Shown here: positions 28,237 to 33,950 of the stretch, in pieces | How the letters are laid out: each line of letters starts with the position of its first letter | Numbering within the stretch: the first letter of the stretch is position 1 | Origin: Candidatus Sulfobium sp. | Lineage (GTDB): Bacteria > Nitrospirota > Thermodesulfovibrionia > Thermodesulfovibrionales > UBA6898 | Length of the DNA: 33,950 bases | NCBI GenBank assembly: GCA_037380845.1 | Contig: JARRRI010000056.1 | Location: 1-33,950 of the forward strand | Reading direction: 5' to 3' | Position numbers and translations under genes: made by a program | The notes under the pieces: model-generated | The model's input: only the letters and a program-made list of their open reading frames with translations | Databases searched by the model: none | Told to the model about the DNA's origin: nothing

Positions 28237-28782
28237 ATGAACGAGGCAATCGCTCTTGTCTCACTTGGCGAGATAGGCGAAGGGATTCTCGATAACATAA
28301 GGGATGCCGCCCGGACTACCTTTGGCGCGGAGGTAACAATAATTGAGGAAACCGGTGGCCGGACGGAGTCTGGCGGTGCCTTGCAATCCGCCGCATCGGA
28401 TGTAATCAGGCACCTGTTCCCCTTTCGGTCCGCATTTGGAAGGGTGCTTGGTGTCACGAATACGGATCTTTCCCATCCAGGAGTAAATCACGTCTTCGGT
28501 TTTGCCGATCCTGAATCGCGGGTATCGGTAATGTCTCTCTTCCGTTTCCGCACACAAGGGGCTATGCCCGGAAAGGTTGCCGGGCGGGCCGTAAAGACGG
28601 CGGTACACGAACTTGGACACACTTATGGCCTCAGCCACTGCACGAAACATAAGTGCGTCATGTTTTTCTCTTTCAATCTCTCGGACACGGATTACAAGGG
28701 CCGTGAATTCTGCAAGAAATGCAGGGAAGAGATTGACTCTCGAATTAAGAACCAATTCCGGAAAGAAAAGGAGGTTGCTTAA
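28237..28782 (+). CDS. Archaemetzincin-like Zn metalloprotease
   Basis: HELGHTYGLSHC-x4-CVM...FCKKC; VLGVTNTDL...VFGFA. Confidence 0.88.
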   Translation: MNEAIALVSLGEIGEGILDNIRDAARTTFGAEVTIIEETGGRTESGGALQSAASDVIRHLFPFRSAFGRVLGVTNTDLSHPGVNHVFGFADPESRVSVMSLFRFRTQGAMPGKVAGRAVKTAVHELGHTYGLSHCTKHKCVMFFSFNLSDTDYKGREFCKKCREEIDSRIKNQFRKEKEVA

Positions 28783-28784
28783 CG

Positions 28785-28970
28785 ATGAGCGGTGAAGCTA
28801 AGGCGGGTTTGACCCTGCGGTGGCTTTGGGCGGCTGTAATCATAGCCTTTGTGGCGATGTGGTTTATGCTTCCGCCCTGGGACGCGCCACTGAAGGGGCT
28901 TGCAAAGACAAAGATTCATACCCAGGCCCCTAACGACCTCAAAGAGCAATCCAGTGACCTGGTCTTCTGA
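28785..28970 (+). CDS. Small single-TM protein
   Basis: 61 aa; hydrophobic WLWAAVIIAFVAMWFML; GGAGG RBS; tight operon spacing. Confidence 0.6.
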   Translation: MSGEAKAGLTLRWLWAAVIIAFVAMWFMLPPWDAPLKGLAKTKIHTQAPNDLKEQSSDLVF

Positions 28971-28984
28971 GGGATGGAGCGGCA

Positions 28985-29545
28985 ATGAATGACAAGATGC
29001 TGACTTTAACAGAAAAAACTGATGAAAAGACGCGGCAAAAAGGAGCTCTGTTCGCCTTTTATCCTCTCATCATGGTGTCTATTTTGCTGGCGGCATCAGC
29101 CTCTTTCGCAGGGGATGTTTTCATTTGGGGCGTGGCAAATGCATCCGGCAGTTCCGCCCAAACCTCTTCTGGACAGCCTTTGAAGGTCACTAATGAGCGG
29201 CCCGTAACAGTCTTGTTTTCCTTTGCTGTAAAAGGGGATGTTTCAAAGGTAAGGTTCACCATCTCCCGGAGCGACAGGGACGACGGCGTTACTCTACTTG
29301 AGGATACGGTAAAGGTTAAAGGTAATATCGCTGCGTCGCACCTGTTGCTGGACATCCACAGGGGAATCCCCCTTGGCAGACACGACCTTTACATCCAGGC
29401 ATTCGACGCAGTAAAGAACGTGAAAATCCTCACCGGCAAATTGCCTTACATACTCTTGCCTTCCGGCTCGGAATGCATGTGCCAAAGCACTCCGGCGAAT
29501 AAAAAATCAGAAACTACAACAGAAGGAGGTATCGAACATGCTTAA
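28985..29545 (+). CDS. Exported beta-rich hypothetical protein with ECMC motif
   Basis: Signal-like ILLAASASFA; alternating beta strands; IPLGRHDL. Confidence 0.7.
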   Translation: MNDKMLTLTEKTDEKTRQKGALFAFYPLIMVSILLAASASFAGDVFIWGVANASGSSAQTSSGQPLKVTNERPVTVLFSFAVKGDVSKVRFTISRSDRDDGVTLLEDTVKVKGNIAASHLLLDIHRGIPLGRHDLYIQAFDAVKNVKILTGKLPYILLPSGSECMCQSTPANKKSETTTEGGIEHA

Positions 29546-29999
29546 ACGGGCAAGACCCGGTTTCAGGATTGTGATCTGTCTGGTTTCGTGCATCGTTATG
29601 GGCCTGGGTATATTTTTTACCGGCCCCGGTACGCAAAGGGATGCCGGAGCGGCGCTGGCCGACGAAACGCCGGACGCGCAATTTGCCTGGCACGCGAACC
29701 GTCCCGGCATCACCAGGGCGCAGATAGCCCTGGGCAGGGCCACCCGCCTGCGGTTTGAATTCACATTGAAAAACGCCGATGGGACGAATGTGAAATTCGG
29801 CATTTCCAAGAAATATGCCGAGATGGGGATAAGCATTACTCCTAACGAGGTTGCCGTCGCAAACGGGATGGCAAAGTCCAGGGCAGAGTTTTCCTGTCCG
29901 CCCGGCATGCCCCTGGGAAAATTCGACATGCTGGTTGTAATGGTGGACGCAAAGACAAAAAAGATACTGGGCAAGGGGATAATCCAGTTCATTGGATGA
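29538..29999 (+). CDS. Exported/anchored beta-rich hypothetical protein (probable paralog of the previous gene)
   Basis: AGGAGG RBS; N-terminal hydrophobic helix; MPLGKFDML. Confidence 0.7.
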   Translation: MLKRARPGFRIVICLVSCIVMGLGIFFTGPGTQRDAGAALADETPDAQFAWHANRPGITRAQIALGRATRLRFEFTLKNADGTNVKFGISKKYAEMGISITPNEVAVANGMAKSRAEFSCPPGMPLGKFDMLVVMVDAKTKKILGKGIIQFIG

Positions 30000-31395
30000 T
30001 TTCGATTTTGGAGTACGAGGATGGCTGAAGGCCTGGAATAAGAAGTTCTTCCGTGAAAAATGGCCCCTCTGGCTTGCAGCGGTCTTCATGGCGATCTCCG
30101 GTATCATGACGTATGCAATTGCGGTCTGGTCGCTGGCAAGGACCGTCAGCGGAGATAATCCATATGACCAGTCCAAACCGATCGGCACCTTCCTCGGTTT
30201 AAAGGAACTGGGAGGGCTTATAAACAATCTCCTGGGGAAGATAGGGCTTCCGCATTACCCTTTCAGCGGCTATGTCTGGCCTGACGGCACCGTAAATTTT
30301 TTCAGACAGCTTCCGAATCCTATCCTCGAACCGACTGTGGGTACAATGCTCGGCATCCTCTTTGGAGGCCTGGTAGCGGCCCTCCTGGCCAAAGAGTTCG
30401 CTCTGAAGGTGCCCCTCGACAAGAGCGAATACGGCCTCGCCTTTAGCGGCGGCCTGCTGATGGGTTTCGGCACGATCTTCATGTTTGGCTGTCCGCTGGC
30501 GAGCACCACGAACACAGGCGCGATGGGGGTGCAGGCCGTACTGATGATAATGGGGATGACAATAGGTTCCTATTTCGGGGCGAAGATAATAGTATGGCTG
30601 GAAAAACGACGAATGGCGCTCGAGCTCGCTTTAAGCGACGGCGCAGGCTACAGGCCGCTGATGCACTTCGAAAAAACACGGACAATATGGCCGAAACTCC
30701 CCGGGACGGCCGACGGGGCTGAGCCGGGTTCTATCAAATACCAGCCGCACCTTGCCCTGGCGCTCATGGTGGTGATGCTCTTCGTGCTCTTCAGGTTCGG
30801 CAATATGGGTTATCCGGCGCTTGCGCTTTCCTTTGCGGCTGCCGCACTTACAGGCTTTGCGATGCAGCGCGGGAGCATGTGCTTCGCCCACGCGTACCGT
30901 GAGCCGTTCCTCTCGGGGTTCGCGGACATGTCCAGGGCGATGGCGCTCCTTTATATCTTGCTGATACTTGGTTTTCTGCCAATGAAACTGCTTGCCGTGG
31001 CCAACCCGGACCTCGCTTATGCCGAGATTTTTGCTGTAAGCCCGGCTGGAATGGGCGTGGTGCTCGGAGGGATCCTCTTCGGCCTGGGTATGTCGCTGAA
31101 CGGGGCCTGCGTCAGCGACAGCCTCTGGAGGACTGCCGAGGGGCAGGTAAAAATATGGGTCGGCCTTCTGACCCTCATATGCGTTTCCGCGTGGCTGTTC
31201 CCGATGCGTGAAGAAGCCTGGTTCAAACACATCTTTGCCCCCTACGGCTCGCAGAACATAAGAGATGTGTATCTGCCCAACATCCTTGGAAGCTATCCGC
31301 TTGCGATCGCTCTGACGATAGGATTGGTCATCCTCTGGGCGGTGATGATGACCTGGTTCAGCGGCAGGACGTTCAAAAAATACATGGAAGGCTGA
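29992..31395 (+). CDS. YeeE/YedE (TsuA-like) sulfur-compound transporter 2
   Basis: GGLLMGFG..FGCP, MQRGSMCF, LFGLGMSLNGAC; followed by a TusA/YeeD gene. Confidence 0.9.
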   Translation: MDDFDFGVRGWLKAWNKKFFREKWPLWLAAVFMAISGIMTYAIAVWSLARTVSGDNPYDQSKPIGTFLGLKELGGLINNLLGKIGLPHYPFSGYVWPDGTVNFFRQLPNPILEPTVGTMLGILFGGLVAALLAKEFALKVPLDKSEYGLAFSGGLLMGFGTIFMFGCPLASTTNTGAMGVQAVLMIMGMTIGSYFGAKIIVWLEKRRMALELALSDGAGYRPLMHFEKTRTIWPKLPGTADGAEPGSIKYQPHLALALMVVMLFVLFRFGNMGYPALALSFAAAALTGFAMQRGSMCFAHAYREPFLSGFADMSRAMALLYILLILGFLPMKLLAVANPDLAYAEIFAVSPAGMGVVLGGILFGLGMSLNGACVSDSLWRTAEGQVKIWVGLLTLICVSAWLFPMREEAWFKHIFAPYGSQNIRDVYLPNILGSYPLAIALTIGLVILWAVMMTWFSGRTFKKYMEG

Positions 31396-31431
31396 ATGTG
31401 GGAAGAAAAATAAATTTTCAAAGGAGGACAT

Positions 31432-31668
31432 ATGAGCACGGAGACAAAAGTCAGCGAGAGACTGGACGTAAAGGGGCTGGTCTGCCCCAGACCGATGGTA
31501 ATGACGATGAGCAAGCTGAAAGCAATGGGCCCCGGGGAGGTCCTGGAGGTGGTCGCAAATGACAGCAGTGTTAAACACTCCATTCCGTCGCTCTGCGAGA
31601 GGGGCGGATACAATCTATTGTCTCAGAGAGACGAAGGAGGTGAATTCATTTTTTTGATACAGAAATAA
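31432..31668 (+). CDS. TusA/YeeD-family sulfur carrier
   Basis: LDVKGLVCPRP...GEVLEVVAND; AGGAGG RBS. Confidence 0.93.
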   Translation: MSTETKVSERLDVKGLVCPRPMVMTMSKLKAMGPGEVLEVVANDSSVKHSIPSLCERGGYNLLSQRDEGGEFIFLIQK

Positions 31669-31734
31669 TTATGCTTATCAGAGGGAGAACAGAGCCGTGC
31701 GAACAGTCAAAATAAGGAGGTCAGGGAGGTAACA

Positions 31735-33075
31735 ATGCTAAAGCAACCGAAGAGGAGAACAAGTTTGCACCTTTTCCTGGTGCTTGCACTTGCTCTTGTG
31801 TTCCCGGGCTGCGGTGGCGGAGGGGGATCAACAAGCTACGATACTCCTTCCACCACCTCAACGGGCGTTGTAGTAAACGCAACGACGGTCAAAGACTGGG
31901 TAGACAGCGGAAAAGTAAACGGAACCGGCTATGACAAGGTGGTGATTCTCGACATCGACACAAGTTCGGCCAGCTACGCGACTGGCCATATTCCCGGCGC
32001 CCAATTTGTGAGCTGGGGTAGCCTCATAGAAAACCGCAACGGGGGGGTCCTTACTGACATCAATATGGTACTGGACGGCCCCACAATGGACGCCCTCGTC
32101 CAGCAATACGGAATCGACAAGAACACCACTATTGTATTTACCAGCGCGCGATCCACGGCAGGGAGCATCTCGGCTTATTATTTCGTTGGCAGGGCTTATT
32201 GGACCTTCCGCTATTGGGGGTTCCCGAAGGACAGACTCAAGGTGCTTAACGGCCTCGACGCCGCCTATGCCGACGCCTATGGCTTGACCGGTGACGCGTC
32301 CCCGGTTGCACCTTCCACTTACAGCGTCCGGCAGAATCCATCATTCAGAGGGGATCTCAGGGCCTCACTGGGTGAGATGATCGATATCGCGGACGGCAAG
32401 GTACCGAACGCCATCGTAATAGACACCAGGGGAGAAGACGGAGACGCATATGGTACAACAACATCTTCCTACAATGGAGACCCTCTAAAGACCACCGGGG
32501 TGTATGAGTCAGGTACCTATGTGGTATTTGAGGGCCACGTCAAGGGAGGTATCGCGATTAACTCTAATTACTTCTTCAAAACGGTGACCGGGACGAGTCA
32601 AACTTACAAGGTCCTCTTGCCCGCCTCGGACATGGCGGCGCTGATGGCCGCAAACGGCATTGACTCAACGGAAACGTCTGTCGTCCATTGCCGCACCGGT
32701 GTCATCGCCTCAGGTGCCTTTATGGCGATTGACGGCGTCCTTGGCTGGCCGGTCGCCAATTGGGACGGCTCATGGAGTCAGTGGGGAATGCTGTCGGGAT
32801 CGGCGGCCAACTGCGGTTCTCTGGCCGCCAATTCACCCTGGCGGACGGACATCAACGGTCGCACACAAGACCTTACTTACAATTACCCTACAGGTGGTCT
32901 GAGCGACTGCAGCGAGATAGAAGATCCGACGAATGGCGGCGTGTACCCCATAAACTCATTCGATACCAACCTCAACCGGATCAATGAAGAGGACAGCACC
33001 TATTTCTCCTCTTCCTCTGGAGGCGGCGGCACCAGCGGCGGTGGAGGCAGCGGAGGAGGGCCTATAGGATGTTAG
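31735..33075 (+). CDS. extH: Tandem-domain rhodanese/sulfurtransferase lipoprotein (ExtH-like)
   Basis: Lipobox-like FPGC, GHIPGA, RAYWTFRYWGF, EGHVKGG, active-site HCRTG, WDGSWSQW; directly upstream of an ExtI-like porin. Confidence 0.8.
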   Translation: MLKQPKRRTSLHLFLVLALALVFPGCGGGGGSTSYDTPSTTSTGVVVNATTVKDWVDSGKVNGTGYDKVVILDIDTSSASYATGHIPGAQFVSWGSLIENRNGGVLTDINMVLDGPTMDALVQQYGIDKNTTIVFTSARSTAGSISAYYFVGRAYWTFRYWGFPKDRLKVLNGLDAAYADAYGLTGDASPVAPSTYSVRQNPSFRGDLRASLGEMIDIADGKVPNAIVIDTRGEDGDAYGTTTSSYNGDPLKTTGVYESGTYVVFEGHVKGGIAINSNYFFKTVTGTSQTYKVLLPASDMAALMAANGIDSTETSVVHCRTGVIASGAFMAIDGVLGWPVANWDGSWSQWGMLSGSAANCGSLAANSPWRTDINGRTQDLTYNYPTGGLSDCSEIEDPTNGGVYPINSFDTNLNRINEEDSTYFSSSSGGGGTSGGGGSGGGPIGC

Positions 33076-33137
33076 CGAAAAAAAGAGCAGCACTGGTTAA
33101 GACTCACTGCGCGCTACTTACAGGGAGGAGGGGAATC

Positions 33138-33950
33138 ATGAAGGGAGCAAAAGAAAAGCTACTGCTGTTTGCGCTGATTGTCGTTTCGCTCGTTCTTGCG
33201 GCCGGGAACACATATGCGTTTTCCCCGATAGTTATGGGCAGCGAGGGGGCCTTTCTCAAGATAGATTACCAGGGCCAGCTATACGGCGTCTGGAGGAGCA
33301 CGGGCTCGGGGGCCAGCGGGGAGGACGATTCCACCGACATTTTTTTCAGAAGAAACAGGCTCAGCGTGTGGGCACATGGTGCAAGCAAGTATGGAGCGAT
33401 CTTACAGATCGAGTACGTCGGCGAAAGGAACATAAATGACCTTATCGTACGCGACGTGCCGGGTACCGAATTCCACCTGCTGGATGGTTACTTCATGGCG
33501 GATTTCAGCAACGAATTCAGGGTCTACGCGGGCAAGCAGAAAATACAGCTTACGAGGGAAAACCTTGAAGACTGCTTCGAACCCCTGACGCTGGACCGTT
33601 CACTTTTCATTTACACGCTCAAACACAGCAGGGACACAGGCGTTGTGCTCTGGGGCAACCTGCCGACCATCAAGAGCCAATATAGAGTCGAAGTCTCGAA
33701 AGGCAATAGCGGCAACGACGCCCCTCAGGACAACTTCATGTACACGGCCCGGTTTCACGTGTCCCTCTGGAGCCCCGAATACGCCTATGGATATAAAGGA
33801 ACATACCTGGGCAAGAAAAAGGTGCTGACCTTCGGTGTGGCCGGGCAGTTCGAGCCTGATGCCGTGTATAGCGATACCATTGCGAAGACCGGGGCAAAAA
33901 CCTACTACGCATATACGGTCGACGCCTTCATGGAATACCCGCTTGCCGAC
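33138..33950 (+). CDS. extI: Outer-membrane porin, ExtI-like (partial, runs off the window; not in ORF track)
   Basis: GGAGG RBS, signal peptide; LKIDYQGQ...FRRNRL...TRENLEDCFEPLTLDRSLF...RDTGVVLWGN...YGYKGTYLGKKKVLT resembles Geobacter ExtI as recalled; 271 open codons to the edge. Confidence 0.8.
   Translation, partial: MKGAKEKLLLFALIVVSLVLAAGNTYAFSPIVMGSEGAFLKIDYQGQLYGVWRSTGSGASGEDDSTDIFFRRNRLSVWAHGASKYGAILQIEYVGERNINDLIVRDVPGTEFHLLDGYFMADFSNEFRVYAGKQKIQLTRENLEDCFEPLTLDRSLFIYTLKHSRDTGVVLWGNLPTIKSQYRVEVSKGNSGNDAPQDNFMYTARFHVSLWSPEYAYGYKGTYLGKKKVLTFGVAGQFEPDAVYSDTIAKTGAKTYYAYTVDAFMEYPLAD

Noticed and set aside
29997..30040. TGA after ...QFIG as possible selenocysteine (IGU, echoing the rhodanese IGC end)
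   Set aside because: No convincing SECIS hairpin downstream, and the read-through would lie inside the yeeE2 coding region
33010..33060. GGC/GGA-rich low-complexity run as tandem repeat or CRISPR
   Set aside because: It is the coding Gly/Ser linker of the rhodanese; no repeat-spacer array was seen anywhere in the window

Overview
Bacterial chromosomal window of moderately high GC. The gene content suggests an anaerobic Nitrospirota (Thermodesulfovibrionia-like) or Desulfobacterota-like organism; this is inference only. The left part (1-15.3 kb) is mostly housekeeping: zapB/zapA, a ~9-heme membrane-anchored cytochrome c, class II B12-dependent ribonucleotide reductase nrdJ with tandem NrdR boxes, HU, murA, a Zn-dependent dehydrogenase, rpmE-DUF1385-prfA-prmC, nadB and a LOG-family gene. 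The middle (15.4-20.4 kb) is a c-di-GMP signalling patch: a GGDEF-EAL gene behind a perfect CRP-type box, a stand-alone multi-TM sensor-like protein and a REC-PilZ protein. The right part (20.7-33.95 kb) is the most interesting: an apparent sulfur/selenium trafficking island. It holds a multiheme cytochrome c broken by a frameshift, DsrE/F/H-like genes, a YeeE-TusA-soluble PAS kinase-sigma54 activator operon, and a sigma54-promoter-driven operon (archaemetzincin-like protease, three small exported proteins, a second half-permuted YeeE, TusA/YeeD, ExtH-like rhodanese lipoprotein, ExtI-like porin truncated by the window end). Also seen: several MITE/REP-like hairpin elements (two inverted copies bracket the regulatory block), five apparently leaderless genes, and several gene junctions that look like small deletions (prfA 5' end, the cytochrome, dsrF-like and yeeE 5' ends), which could be real or assembly errors. 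No rRNA, tRNA, CRISPR array or transposase was recognised.
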